From the NCBI GenBank assembly GCA_012295275.1, contig CM022677.1, positions 14,756,001-14,820,000 on the forward strand: a stretch of 64,000 nt of DNA. The letters run 5' to 3'. Every line of letters starts with the position of its first letter. Positions within the stretch are counted from its first letter, which is position 1. The DNA is from Chrysomallon squamiferum (Eukaryota; Animalia; Mollusca). Shown here one piece after another: positions 1 to 14,670 of this stretch. The translations under genes were made by a program, and so were the position numbers. The notes under the pieces were generated by a model that worked only from the letters and a program-made list of their open reading frames with translations, was not told the DNA's origin and searched no databases.

Positions 1-304
1 AGAAGCTTGATATCATTGTTTGTTAAGCCATCGAAGAAGAGCGATCATTTTATCTCACGCGCTAGTCTAATTATGTTCAAACTGCAATCAGTGTTTAAGA
101 AATGATAGTACTTAGAAAATTGTGTTCCAGTGCTAATTACTATATAAACTTTTCTGTTGTTGTGAAATTTGCACCCGGAATCATCGAGATTGGATTAGTT
201 TTTGTTCATAACAGGATACCGATAGCTGGACGAAACTTTGAAATTGTGCAGGTTATTCTGAAATCTGTATTAGTCGAAGACTGTTTTTCTCAGAGTCCAC
301 TGTA

Positions 305-306
305 AA

Positions 307-368
<62 letters not shown>
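305..368. repeat. (AAT)n microsatellite
   Basis: Direct reading of sequence. Confidence 0.95.
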
Positions 369-370
<2 letters not shown>

Positions 371-574
371 TCAGTATTCTTGACGTAAACAATACATCTA
401 AAATATCCTAGGATAATTTATGCAATGTACAGCAAGTTACTGACATTTGTGATATTCTAATGTTATAACACATAAAAAGTAACATACTGAATCGACTGTT
501 ACATCAATGCGGTGAATTTTATACAATATTTTCTTTTTATATTTTAATTAAATAAAGTGTATAAAATATTTCTA

Positions 575-576
575 GT

Positions 577-658
<82 letters not shown>
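575..658. repeat. Compound (GT)n(GA)n microsatellite
   Basis: Direct reading; similar tracts at 3364-3460, 16063-16112, 20476-20685, 22416-22524, 22822-22951, 41796-41862, 52666-52769. Confidence 0.95.
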
Positions 659-662
<4 letters not shown>

Positions 663-1642
663 CAGTTTTTAATATAAGAGTACTTGTTTTTTGACCTCAT
701 TGTTTAACGCAACATGTACGTAATGACAATTTACATCTACAATGGACTGTTAATATATATAATTTTTAACTATTGATATTACAAATTTCAGTACATCTCA
801 AAACAGACTTGTCGACGTTTGGCTGAAATAAGTAGAAACTGGTAAGTTTAATACTTTTTAAGGAACTATCAAGTGTTAGAGGAGAAATAGTCTGTCACTG
901 ATGAAATCATAAAATAATAATAATATTTGATCAAGGCGTTTCCCTCTTTGTTGAAATAATGATGAGATGTTTGATTAAAACAAAATACTTGAATTACGTG
1001 AGAGTAAACAGTATACGGACCTAAGAGAAAATTACTTTTATTAGAAATTATTATTATAAATATTCACATACAGCATCTTTGATTAATATTTTTAATAAAT
1101 AAATAAATAAATAAAATAAATAAATAAATAAATAAATAAACACACCCATTAAAAATATATCTCCTTTTACAGTTAACACGATCTTTAATTTTAATATCAA
1201 GAACAAAGAATACAACAGTAAGCATGTTTATATCGGTTTGTCCGCATTCGTATATTTTTTGTTTGTTCTTGTTATATTCTTACTGTTGCTGTCGTTGTAT
1301 CTTATACCTAAAGACAAAGTGTAACATTTGCACTGATTCTAAGAAGTTGAAGGAACTCAAGCGACAAGAAGACGTAATCATTATATTTTGAACGAGAGTC
1401 ACTTACACAAACAGGCGTCTTTGAAAAATAATGCGGAATTAAGCAAGAAAAAAAAAAATGAACGGAAAAAAATCAATAAATATGCAATAAATAGTACTTT
1501 AAATATACTTTTTTTTTTTTTTTTTTTTTTTTTTTCTTACATAAATGCCTATGGAAAATATTTACAAACCAAAAATTAATCAGTAAGCAAGAAACCTCTT
1601 TCTAGGACCTGCGCACATTAAAAGTTATTTCATTTATTTCAT

Positions 1643-3138
1643 TTATTCTTCTGGATTTGTGGACCATGGCCGCTTGAATTCTTGACCCTTTTTTAGAAAC
1701 CAGTACGTGGCCACCCATTTAGAGCCAATCAGAACGGGACAAGCTCCATGAATTGTCATTTTGTTAGGTGAACCATTCCGATATAAATTATACCAAAATA
1801 TAGTTGCACCTGCTTTAGGTTGTATTCTTACACCAAGATGAAGAAACACTGTTGCATCTCCTTCTACATCACTCAACTAGTTTAACCACGTGGCAATTCT
1901 GTTTTCACGGCAAGAATCTGCTTTGTGGAAATAGTCAGCATGAGCCGTGAAGTACCCGCCTATTCCATAGTTTGCCACCTGAAGTCGCTCTGAAGCTTTC
2001 ATTGAAATACCTGTGATTGCTTGAATTCTTTTCTGAATTCTCAAGTCTGCTTCTATGCAACCTCTTCCTAAAAATGTATTTTTGCTCATTCTTTTCTCAG
2101 ATTTCACATGATTTCCAAAGTTATCGATTTCAGATGTTTTTAAAAGTGGCAAAGAAACTGTTGTAATGTCTTCAATTTCAGCATCACTGATAAAATCATG
2201 ATAGAGAACAATTTTCGGTGAGAAATGCAGAATCTCTTCTTTAGCAGGCTTAAGCATTAAAAGCGGACTTTTGATGTTGTAATGGTAGCGACATTTCAAA
2301 CGATGTCGCTGTCGTACTTTAATAACGTCTTCACCACGACAGAGAGCATCGAAAGTTGTTTTTTCTTTAACTCTGGCATTTTTTCTCTTTTCTTTCCTAC
2401 GTTTTGATATACTTGAATACTATTTTCTTCTGTTCGGAGCACGTTCAAGTCCACGAGCTAAAATTAACTGTTTATTTGTCAAATTTAAAACGTGTTCTAT
2501 CTGTCCCGCTAATTCTCTACCGTCTATTTCATAACCATGAAATTTTTCTGTTCTCACTTTCTCAAGACTTGTCTCCATCCAGATATGAACATATTTGTAT
2601 TTTTTCATTTTGTATGCAAGGCGACCTAATTGATAACAGTCTTCTGCTGATAATCTCTGTATATATCGTTCATGTATAAAACCGTCTGCTAATCTTGTCG
2701 CATTTAATTTGTACCTGTCCTGAAGTCGGAACAGAGCTGCAGCTGCCCCTTCTAAATCTTCGTAACTTGGAAGATGTTCACGAATTTCTTGTAGTTCAGT
2801 CAGCTCTGTCTGGGACGTAATACTTTCGTGAAAATAGGCTGCACATCTCGTTCCCAGTCCAACGTGAAACGTTTAATATATAAAAATGCACCAATTGGGT
2901 TGGCTATGTAACGATTTGGGTCTTTTAGTGCGATCGAACAGTCCTGTTCCATTTGATCTGAAATTGTTTTCAACTTTTCCAATTTAGTTCCTTGTTCATG
3001 AATGCGATTGAAATTTCTTAATGCTATTGCCAAGTCTCTTCCTGCTAGTACAGAGTTGTAGAGATGTGATACGGACGTAAACAGTTCTGAAGTCACAGCT
3101 GATAAAAGCAAAACTAAAACAATGTACTGCTGATACAT
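1643..3138 (-). pseudogene. P4HA: Intronless (processed-type) pseudogene of collagen prolyl 4-hydroxylase alpha subunit
   Basis: Signal peptide + ELFTS, NPIGAFLYIKR, (after a frameshift near 2810) LPSYEDLEGAAAALFRLQDRYKL, LSAEDCYQLGRLAY, FDALCRGE, LQVANYGIGGYFTAHAD (HxD), NRIATWLN, HGACPVLIGSKWVA. One frameshift and two in-frame TAG stops (2420-2422, 1877-1879, the latter at the conserved Tyr of WLNY). No introns; A-tract on the minus strand at 1509-1535, ~107 nt after the stop. Confidence 0.93.
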
Positions 3139-3363
3139 ATTTGAAAGTATCTACTAGTGATATGAATTCTAAATATCTGGTATAAAAATAGAGTTATGAT
3201 GATTTAATTTGAAACATATGTCAGTTTAAATTTCGCAGGTTATTAAGCTGGTGGGGGATAAAACGACACGTTTCATTATATTTCATTTTATTTGTTTATT
3301 TTATTATTTTATTATTTTTACTTTTTCTTATTTGTTGTACATTTGTTTTTGTCTTTGAGTTTA

Positions 3364-3463
<100 letters not shown>

Positions 3464-4009
3464 CTGTTGGTGTGTTATGTTTCTGTTATCCATTGATTAT
3501 ATGTATGTACCTATTTTTCTATTTGTCTGTCTCTCTGTCTACCTATATTATGGAAATTATAGAATAAAGTAATGTACAGACAAAAAAGAAAAAGAAAAAA
3601 CACTCCTCAAGAAAACACAAAAACAAAAAAAAAAACAGATTATAATGTGCATTACAGCTGTCATTTAGCGGTGGCACACCTCTCAAGTTATGAAGATTTT
3701 TTCTGAAGGGTTTTTCTGTTTCTTCTTCAAAATATATACAAATTAGATGACACCACTGATTAATCGTGTATTCAAACTGGCCATGTTAAAACATTTTATG
3801 TCATTTCTATTTTTTATTATGTTATTACAATATTTTTATTTTTTAATTTTATTTTATGAATGTGTTTGAATAAATGTCGGTTTTAATAGATACAAAATGT
3901 TTTTATACAAAATCATTACTCTTTATTTTATTTCTATTTTTATTTTTATTTTTCATTTTTCTCTGTAGACGACTATATTCTGTGAAATATGAAGAATATC
4001 TCCTCTAGT

Positions 4010-4440
4010 ATTAAGTAAATAAATACAGGATAGTAACGTGATATTACCAGACACTAAGTAAATAAATACTGTACAATAACGTGATATTAGCAGTATTCAG
4101 TAAACAAATACAGTACAATAACGTGATATTACGAGACATTAATTAAATAAATATTGTACCGTAATGTCATATTAGCAACGTTATGTAAATAAATACTGTA
4201 CAGTAACGTGATATTAGCAATATTAAGTAAATAAATACTGTACAGTCACATGAATTTAGCGTACATTAAGTAAAACAAATTACTGTACAGTAACGTGATA
4301 TTATCAGGCGTTAAGTAAATAAATAAAATACAGTAACGTGATATTAACCATCAACTCAGTTTGTGAATAGTCGCGTGTCATATTACCAGACATTATAAAA
4401 TAAAATGTCAGTAACGTCTGTCCATCATACCAGACATTAA
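4010..4440. repeat. Diverged minisatellite, ~42-43 bp unit, ~10 copies
   Basis: TAACGTGATATT-type core recurs at 4034, 4077, 4119, 4162, 4204 etc. Confidence 0.85.
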
Positions 4441-5339
4441 CATCATAAATACCCGCAGTAATTAGTTCCAAGAAATTTAGTTGCCTGTTCTGAATATGAT
4501 ATTCAGACATTAAGAAAATAAACCTCTGTGTCAGTCAATAATTTAGCGTACAATAATACTTTTACTATGCAGTAAACATGTTTAACAGTCAATAATAAAT
4601 TAATGTTATGGATTTCAACTCATCTCTATTCAGTTTGTCGTGTCGCTCGTTTTCTGAAACTGTTCGTCCATGGTCATTTAAAAGAAGATACGAAGAAATA
4701 AAAAGAAACTTACATTAAAGCCTTTCAGAATCTAAAATATGACGTCACATACATTCAAAGATACATTATTTGTGTCATTAGATAATTGTAAAGATACATA
4801 CTAAATAATATTCAAACACCCATACATATATACAAACGCAGACACTTTTTTACAGAGATACATACACTGTGTGTGTGTGTGTGTGTGTCTTTTGAAAATA
4901 CTTTTAATTTCATTTATTTTTTCGTAAAAGTTCTTGAACAAAATTCCCATTTGATTAGAACAAATATATATGGCTCGTAAACATGTATTGTGGCTGTGTG
5001 CGTATTGCTGTATTGTGTCTATCGTGTCTGTATGCATTCATGCTTGAGGGACGCATGCACGTACATTCCGAAAAAACACAAACAAACACATACAATACAA
5101 GGGATGTATGTAATATCAACTGACTCTAAGAACTGAGGTATAATTAAGAGTTTTACAACAGAATTCAGTTTGCTTTTATCGCCCATATATTAATACACTT
5201 CATTTAAATATAGATACAAAGGTTACATGTGTGGATGCAGATAAATAGTAATAATAAAAATAACAATAACAATAATAATAATAATAATTCAGAACATGAC
5301 TCAGACAGAACTTCTTGAGTATGCAATAGAGGGTAGAGA

Positions 5340-5375
<36 letters not shown>

Positions 5376-5397
5376 TATATTGTCTCTTATACCTTTT

Positions 5398-5434
<37 letters not shown>

Positions 5435-5924
5435 TTGTTGTTGTCTATTAGTCATAAGTAAATTATTATTATAATTTTATTTAAAGCTAAATGTGTCATA
5501 GAGTCAACAGATGGATTTTTGAAAGTCCGTCTACATTTCTATATAAACTGATGGATGAATGGCTAATACAATATTAAGCTGTCACGGACGTCTCTCATAT
5601 GTATAAATGAATTTCACTGTTTTAATGATGGCTGCTGCATTATGGATCAAAGACCTAATTATAGAGACAGAGAGAGACAGATCAGTGTACCTCTCTGTTA
5701 TTTAATATCTATCACGTACGTCTCTCTACCTTTTCAAATAATCATATCTCTGCCTCCCTCTCACTATTTTTTTGCATGCTCGATAATTTTAATTCTATCA
5801 CGTAAATCAGTAATTACCTTTAAAATGTCACGTACGTATCTCTACCTTTACCTCTGTCAAGAGAAAAATCTCTACCTTTATATCTATCACGTAAGAGTCT
5901 CTAAACAGACCTCTGTCACGTAAT

Positions 5925-6430
5925 AATCACCTCTCTCTACCTTTACACATCACGTCCGTCTCTCTACCTTTACCTCTATCACGTACGTCACTCTACCTTT
6001 ACCTCTGTCACGTACCTCTCTCTACCTTTACCTGTATCACGTACGTCTCTCTACCTTTACCTCTATCACGTACGTCTCTCTACCTTTACCTCTATCACGT
6101 ACGTCTCTTTACCTTTACCTCTATCACGTACGTCTCTCTACCTTTACCTCTATCACGTACGTCTCTCTCTACCTTTACCTGTATCACGTACGTCTCTCTA
6201 CCTTTACCTGTATCACGTACGTCTCTCTACCTTTACCTCTATCACGTCTCTCTACCTTTACCTCTATCACGTACGTCTCTCTACCTTTACCTCTATCACG
6301 TACGTCTCTACCTTTACCTCTATCACGTACGTCTCTCTACCTTTACCTCTATCACGTACGTCTCTCTACCTTTACCTCTATCACGTACGTCTCTCTACCT
6401 TTACCTCTATCACGTACGTCTCTCTACCTT
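5925..6430. repeat. 29-bp minisatellite (CTCTATCACGTACGTCTCTCTACCTTTAC), ~17 copies, with degenerate flanks to ~5690 and ~7280
   Basis: Near-perfect tandem units read directly. Confidence 0.95.
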
Positions 6431-9400
6431 TCTATATATCTCTATCACTTGTCTCTGTCTCGATCACGTCTCTCTACCTATACCTTGATAACTTCTGTCT
6501 CTATCATTTCTCCCTGTCTACATGTTTCAGCTTTTCGGTATCTCTATCACTTGCCTTTCTCTCTACATTATCTCTCTGTCTCTCAACTTATATCTCTATC
6601 GGTGCCTAATCTTTATCTCTATCATTTGTCTGTCTACATATATCTGTATGACTTGTCTCCTTCTCTTTACCTACATCAGTAATACTTGTCTCTGTCTCTC
6701 TATCTATATCTCTATCCCATGCCACTCTGTACCTATATTTCTATCACATATCTCTCTCCCTGCTTATACGTGTCTCTTGTCTATCTAGATTTATCTATCC
6801 CATGTATCAGCCTCTCTATCACTTGTCTTTCTCTCTACCTGTATCTCTATCATCTTTCTTTCTCTCTACCTGTATCTACCACTTTTCCCTGTCTCTTTAT
6901 TTATATCTCTATCATTTGTCTTATCTGTCTCTCGATCTCTATGCCTATCAATTCTTTTTCTACGTTTATCTTTATCGCTTGTCTATCTACCCAAATGTCT
7001 CTCACGTATGTCTCTCTGCATTTATCTCTATTACTTTTCTCTCTACCTATGTGTCTGTCACTTGTCTCTCTCTGCCAAAATTTCTATCACGTCCGTCTCT
7101 CTGGATTTACCTCTATCACTTGTCTGTCTCATTAATTATGTCTCATCACTTCTCTGTCCCATTACCTTTATCTCTATCATTTGTCTGTCTCTCTCTAATT
7201 ATATCTCTATCACCTGTCTTCCTCTCTACCTTTCTCTCTATGAATTGTCTGTTTCTCTATCTTTCGCTATCATTTGTCTGTGTCTACACACACACACACA
7301 CATATATATTTATATATATCATGTCATCTCTCTACAAGTATCACTTTAACTGAAATAATTAATAAATAATGGGTAAAACAAATTCTTAAATATCTTTTGT
7401 GGACACCATTCATATTTGTTTTCAGCAAAAACAAAATAAAGTAAGTGTTATGGGTAACAGATTACTAGTTTGTTTTGGATGAGAAAACCTGCTCTAAAAA
7501 TGTTAATGTGAGCCTGGCATTTTAGGTAATCTTTCATTAGAAACAGTAAAGGTGAAGATTTTAGGCATGACTTTGTTGATGTTTTCTTGTGAAAGAGAGC
7601 CAGATTTTCTGCAATGTTTGGTGTAGGATTTAAATCCTTAGCAACCTAAAACAATAAATGTATTGGTAATCTTTGTGTATTTGTACTTTTTTTTTATTTA
7701 TTTATTTGCATTCAGATACATGCAAACAAATAGAAGGCGATTAAAATCATTGAAGTCTAATGAAAAAATGTCCACAGTATGCAACTGATGTAATGTGTCT
7801 CAGATTACGTTTTGTAAAAAATATATTTAGTAAAATACATTAAAAAAAATGTTTTTCTTGTTATATATTATTTAAATCACACAGTAATAGTATATACAAA
7901 TAAATAAATTAATAAGCAAACAAACAAGTAATAATATATAAAACAAATAACAGGTAATTAATAAGTACATAAACCAGAAATAATATATAAAACAACCAGT
8001 CTGATAAGGATGTCAGCCACTTGCTGTTTGCTCAGAGTTGTCTACCTTTGTCTTAGATTATCAGTTTACTTCACAAACTTTCACCGGAGTTCTCTTCTCA
8101 TCACAAATCTTCGTGTACTTTGATGTACCTTCACAGTCCTGAGTACAATAATAATAATAACAATAATAATAATAATAATAATAGTAACAGCAATTATAAT
8201 AATAATAATAATAATAAATATAAAGTAATGACAAAACCAATAATAACATCAAAAAAATAATTACTATAATAATAGTAATAAATACAACAGCAACAAGAAT
8301 ATAAGAATAACAATAATAATAAATAACAATAATAACAATAATAATAATAATAATACTGACCATAGAATCAGTAACAAACTCAGCTGATGTAGAACTGTTG
8401 TCATCATCTGAAATGTTGAGTTTTCTTTTGACTCCAGGTGATGTTTCTTCTGTCAGTTTTATTTCACTTTTTATTTCTGCCAAATTTATATTCAAAGATG
8501 AATCAAAAAATAAAAACTATATTTGCTTACTGACATGAGATGTTTCACATTATGATTTGAGATTCAGTTTGGGAAATATTTTACCTGGAAACCTAAATGT
8601 TTTATATATATAAAGACTGTCAAGGTTCAGTAGAAAAAAATGTGTATTGACTTTTATTTAAATGTGTGTCATTTTTATTTGTTTTATTCAGAGACTTCAT
8701 TACTTTAGCAAAGCCTGGCTATGTAGAACATTATAATGATTTGAACAGACTATTTGTTATAGAGGAACACATTATACTGAAATAAACAATTAATTTGAAA
8801 GTAATAAAATGTATTTAGGCTAGCTGAAATATACTTCAGAAACAAACATTTTTTTTTTTTTTTTTTTATTTAATTATTATTTACATGTCAAAGCCAAGAG
8901 ATGGCAGCCATCTTATTTCGGAACAATAATTATTTATTTATAAATTTATTGATTTATTTATTTAGATTTTTTTCAAAAGACACTCGATTAATTTTTTTTT
9001 TTTTTTTTTAAATAAACTAATAAAAGTGTTGAAAGAAAATATGTTGTTTGACAGGTTGTTTTCTGTCAGTTCATTTATGATTTATTTTTTAAAAGATGTA
9101 TGTTAAATTGCTGACTTGCTCTATATATTATTAAACATAATTAAATGATTTTTTAAAACCATATTAACGGTTGTAATGGGTGGGGCCCGAAATGCTTTCA
9201 TATTATTTAACTTAAATATCTATATAGTTCTATATTAACATTAAAAACAAGTAATGACAAATACAAATTTAAGAAAAATATGATCAAGTTATTTAGACAC
9301 TGTAAAATATTAATACAATTATTTGTTATAATAATATTTAACATACACACACACACAAAAATAATTTGTAATCATAATCACAAAAGATATTAATACACTA

Positions 9401-12400
9401 TTGTTGAAAAACACTACTGAAATGATTATTTTTTTAAGTTTGTGTATATATGCCATATGTGTCTTAAATGCAAATAAAATGACTAATACTATGACATCCA
9501 AAACTATTTACATCTGTAACTACAGCTAATGGTTGATATTATTTGCTTCATCACATCTATATGTATTATAACATTTTCAACTCATACATTATAAACCTAT
9601 GAATGTACAAGGTCTAAATTCGGTCAATTCTGTGTATTTCTTATGTATTTCTTATTATTCTAAACCTAATGAAGTTTAATTTAATTTAATGTACGAAATT
9701 GCATTTTGGAATACATTAATATTTTATAACACACATTACATTTTATATCATGTACATTTCTCTCTCTCTCTCTTTCACATGCACACACACACACACAGAC
9801 ACACACACACACACACACACACACTTCCATTCATATGTGATTATTTTGGTGTACATTTCAGTACTTTAATTTAAAAGAAGAAGCATTATATTTTATGAGT
9901 ACTTTAAAATGTTTAACATTATTTTTACTAGTCTGGAACTGGCAGTAGCCAATAAAACCTTGTAGACTTTCTCACAGAGCTGTTCTTCTAGTTTGAAATG
10001 ACAAAACTGACAGAGACAGGACAGCTGCTGAATGGTTAGGAAGCAGAAAGTAAGTTTTGTGAGAGTTTTTAATTTACGTTGCAAGGCCATAATTGTAGTA
10101 AATCTTTTAACATACAAATTTATGAAATATATTTTAGTGGAAGAATTGGGTTTTGTAATATTCAGTTTCAGTGTACAGACTTTTATACATACATTTGTAT
10201 TACTTAAATGGAGGATTTCAGGCTTTAATAGATTCTTATATACTGGTCAGTATTTCATATAAAGAAAGTTAATATTAAGTGAATGCATCTGAGTTAAATT
10301 TCATCAGATAGTTTACTTTGCAGGGTTATTATTTTATTAATTCAGCATCTCTCATGTGGTAATGGGAGGTCAAGTGTCACAAAATACCACGTACCCATTA
10401 GCAACACAACAAAACATAGTTTTCACAAAACAGAGTGGCAGTTCACCAGTACTCCAGAACTAAATAAATAAAACTCTACTCAGTAAGTATTCACTTAATT
10501 CATTTTGTTAAATTTATAGTGATGGATAGACTGGCTCAGTGGTTAGATTTCTTGGTAAAGGTCTTTTGGGTTCTAGGATTAGTGCTGCATGGAGGACTAA
10601 CAAGGTTTTTTAACAATCTAGCTGATGATCCATGCCTGATGAAACATGCTGTGTATGTTCTTAAATAAAATATTTCTTCTTTATTTTAGATTTGGTGTAT
10701 TTTAGCAGTTAGTGATCAGCTTGAAGTGAGTGTTTATTAAATCAACAAATGTAATGCTGTGCTCTGTCAGACCAGTTCAGTTAATATTTAGTTAAGATGC
10801 TGTAAAGCTTCTGTTTACAGTGTAAATGTACTGTCCTAGTTATCAATAATTTGATTTAATTCTTGTAACACATCTTTCCTTTCCTAATACATTGACTTTT
10901 GTTGCTACTTAACTTTCAGCCTGAAGAATATCTCATCAGACTGATGAACATGCTGGATCCAAAAGGTGTTGTTGAAAAGAACTTTTACAAGAAATTCATC
11001 AGAACATGGATTCTAGATTGTAATAATTTAATGAAAAAAACATACACCAAAACACACACATATACACAGTTATTGTTATATTATAGAATAATGTATCTAA
11101 GTGTAAAATTAAAAATTTCTGTTAATTTTTGATTCCTGTTATTAATTTTCAGTGGAAATCACAGGATGATGCCCAGTTCCATTGGAGAATGTGGATCATG
11201 ATATTCAGTTAGTTTGAGAAGACCACTTTGATTATTTACAGGAAACTGATATTGGTGAATCATTTCTAAAATAATTGTATCTTCATAAAAATATAATAAT
11301 AATAATGATAATAAAAAAAAATTAAAACCATCAATTTTTAGCAATATTAATATTGATTTTCTTTTTGTATTTAAAACTTTAAATGAAACTCATATCTAAT
11401 GTCATTAGATTTTATTTATTGATTTTTTATTTTACTCCACTAGGGAATCACAAAAAACTAAGATGTCAAGTTTCCAGTAACAGTATATATATTACATTAG
11501 AATTATAATTAGTTTTGTCATTCTTATTATTGTTTGTTTCTTTTACCACTGTTGGTTTTTGGTCCATAATTGTGACCCACCACTATGAAATGAGTTGGAT
11601 GTCACCTTGTCTAATTGTGTGTAACAACCAAAATAAGCTCATTGGGAGTAGGTTGAGATTTTAATTTAAACTGATAGTTTATCCATTTATGTACATTTTG
11701 AGTTAAAACACATTTTGTTCTATATGCTTAAAAAATGTACTTAAATGAGATAATTCTTTGTTTTTTGTTAAATAAAACTGTGTGAAAAATTCAATATTCA
11801 GTGAATGTTTCCACCTCGGTATCGGTGGAAAGGTTTTTTTTCAGCCTTGTAAATATGCAGAGTTTGATTGGCTGAGTTTAAAATAGAAGATCAATGAATA
11901 AGAACAAAATAGGAATAGTAAACATAGGGTTATTGGGACGGAATTCCCCTTCATTCATTTGTCAAGAATATCATGTGACATAATTTCCAATGCATGTGAG
12001 GTAATTTCCAAGATGGTGTTTAACCATATGCATGCTGAAATTTTAACTAAGACTTTAAACTCTGAATGTAGGGCGAATATTTTGCATTCTATGGATTGAT
12101 TGCTTCTGAAGATGAAAGTAGCGACAGACCTCTGATTGATACAGAATTCATTTCAACACTTGAAAGTGACATTAATCAATCGTGTGATGTAATTGCTGGT
12201 AAAGAAAATGTAAAAGTTTGACTGTAATTGTAAAATTGAAACTGCCGGAGAAGGAAGGACAAAGTGTAAAACGTGATACATTTCTCAGTTTTCCTCAGAT
12301 GAAGTGCTGGAACTGAGAATTAATATGGCAGAATTCAACAAAGGTAAGAATGCATAGTTTGTAATATTTATAGATAAAGGGACTATCCTCAGTTTGTAGT

Positions 12401-12879
12401 CATTTTAATGTTTTCAAAAATTATTAAAATAACAGTTCATTTGGATTTTTTTTAACTTATAAGTTATATATTAATATCAATAGTAGCCGAGCATAGATAT
12501 TTAACATTGAATACATTTTTGGTTAGCCTAATGTTTTAGTATTAATTAGTATTAATTTTAGCCATAAAATAATTTTGTATATAATATTTCTTAAACCTCC
12601 AAAATGTATGAACTTTGAAATTTAGCAATATAAATTATAATACTGACGTATTAAAGTAAAATAGTCTTTAAAAAGAAGAGGATGTTCATTGGATGGATGC
12701 AACTTAATTAGATTAGATCACAGTACTTTGCTTGCATAATTCTCTAATACTGTGAACATATAATATATTAACTCATTATTGAATAATATAAAAATGTTTT
12801 TTAAACAACAGGTAACTGACTAAATTTTAATATAATTTTAAAAATACTTTATTTTGTGTTTTGCAACTGGAAAAGACAT

Positions 12880-14670
12880 GATTCTACTTAGAGACTGTCA
12901 ATGGAGAGATGACATGTTTAAAACCCTGCCGACAAACAGAACGTAAACTCCAGAGATTCTAAAACTGTAGAGAAACCTTCCAATTCATTGATGGGTAAGT
13001 GTGTTTTAAACCATTGATCATGAGTAGTTGATACTAAATTGCTAAATATTACTGCTAAGAATACATGATTAATTAAGAATTGAATGGTAAAATCGAAGTA
13101 TTTTTTAAGTTGTTATTTTACATTTTTGTTCAGTCATCCAATTCAGTATATATATATATTTGTTTTGTTTTTTATTGAGGAGGGGTTCTAAATTTATTTC
13201 CCCACATTCTCTTTTTAGACTAGATATACCAAAGATATTTGATTAGTATACCAATGATTATATACAAGTGTTGCTACAAAGAACAATCACAAACATTATT
13301 TTTTAGTCTCTTTATTACAGCATTAATCAGAATAAACTAACAGCATTGCTGAAGCACTACATCAGCATGGAGTAACTCCAAGACAGAAAACATGCAGTGA
13401 GAGAAAATTTAATTCCAATGTACTTAGTTCTGATGATACAGAGAGACTTGTCCAGTTTCTGCAGCATTTTGTGGAGGACCATGCATTCATCTTACCTGGC
13501 TGAGGACCAGGATTCAAGAGAAGTGATGTCAACATACTCCACAGATCTGAGATGAAGGCTTCACTTTGAGTCATTACAGAAAACTTGCTATTGCACGAGG
13601 TAAGTTGATTGTGACTTCACACAAAAGATTCTTCACCAGCACGTGCACAACCAAATAAATTATAACGATTGATAAAACTACTTTTTCCTTTCAAACTGCT
13701 CATTAATATTTGTTCCTCTCCTTGGTCCTTAGAACATCTCTTTATTATGCAAAATATTTCCACTGTGTTATGTTTTAATGAATTTGTTTTATTTTTAATA
13801 CTACATAGTTATTTGAATGAATAGGTTGATATATTTGTGGGTTTTTTATATATACCTGTATAAGGATGTGTAGATATTTTGATTTATGCATAGATGAATA
13901 TACATGTCAATATACATATATAATTTAATATGTATAAAAATCCCAACCTTTACTTCACTTCTTTATCAGGAGATGATTTAAACCAAACATTAAATTATAC
14001 TTTATAGGAAAGATGCTTCAAACAGTACACTAATTCAAATAATCGTGCAAAAAAACATTTATATTTTTACTTAATTTCTGAGTTTTAAAGTTATTGATAT
14101 TGTTACTCTTTTTATGGAAGATTAGTAATTAAATTATTTAGAAATTGTTACTTGAAAAAATTATAACAATTTGCAGTGATTGTTTTAATACTTATTTATT
14201 TGTATGTCTCTTTTTTTTTTTGTTTTAGGTCATCGTGCCATAGGGAAATCCTCCTTTATTAATCTATGGAAGCTGCAAGTTCCATTCATAGTTGTTGGAT
14301 GCCTTAGGACAGATCTGTGCTGGCAATGGAAACAAAACAACGAGATGATTCACTAAACTGCCAGTCTTCCAGAAGATGAGAAACTGCGAGTGCTTGGTGC
14401 CAGTTTATTTCCTGTACCTAGAAAATGTGGGATTTTTTGAATTTGTTGTGAGGCCCTTCCTCAGCAGATTATTTGATTGATGAAGCTATGAGTAGTAGCA
14501 AGGGGTCTAATGTGGTAATTTCTTTACTACCATTTTCTACTGAAGTTTGGCCTGGGAGAAATGAAAGTAAATTGTGACAATTGTAGTGGACAAAATAAGA
14601 ATCAATTTATGTTGTGCTATGCTGCAAGGAGGGTTATGATTGGACTCCATACAGAAATAACACTTATCAA
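12880..14670 (+). mobile_element. Decayed intron-containing DNA transposase, Sola-like (DNCxGQNKN type)
   Basis: Fragments CRETFQFIDG|..NKLTALLKHY, LVQFLQHFVEDHAFILPG*GPGFKRSDV, FINLWKLQVPFI..RTDLCWQ, PRKCGIF*ICCEALPQQ, YLIDEAMSSSKGSNVVIS, CDNCSGQNKNQFMLCY..RVMIGLHTEI; GT-AG junctions near 12995/13320 and 13600/14228; many stops and frameshifts. Superfamily assignment from recalled motifs. Confidence 0.65.

Noticed and set aside
1877-2422. TAG readthrough or an alternative genetic code in P4HA
   Set aside because: A frameshift is also present and TAG ends other reading frames normally; point mutation is simpler
10528-10600. Possible tRNA or tRNA-derived SINE head (TGGCTCAGTGG A-box-like)
   Set aside because: No convincing B box or cloverleaf; too degenerate to call
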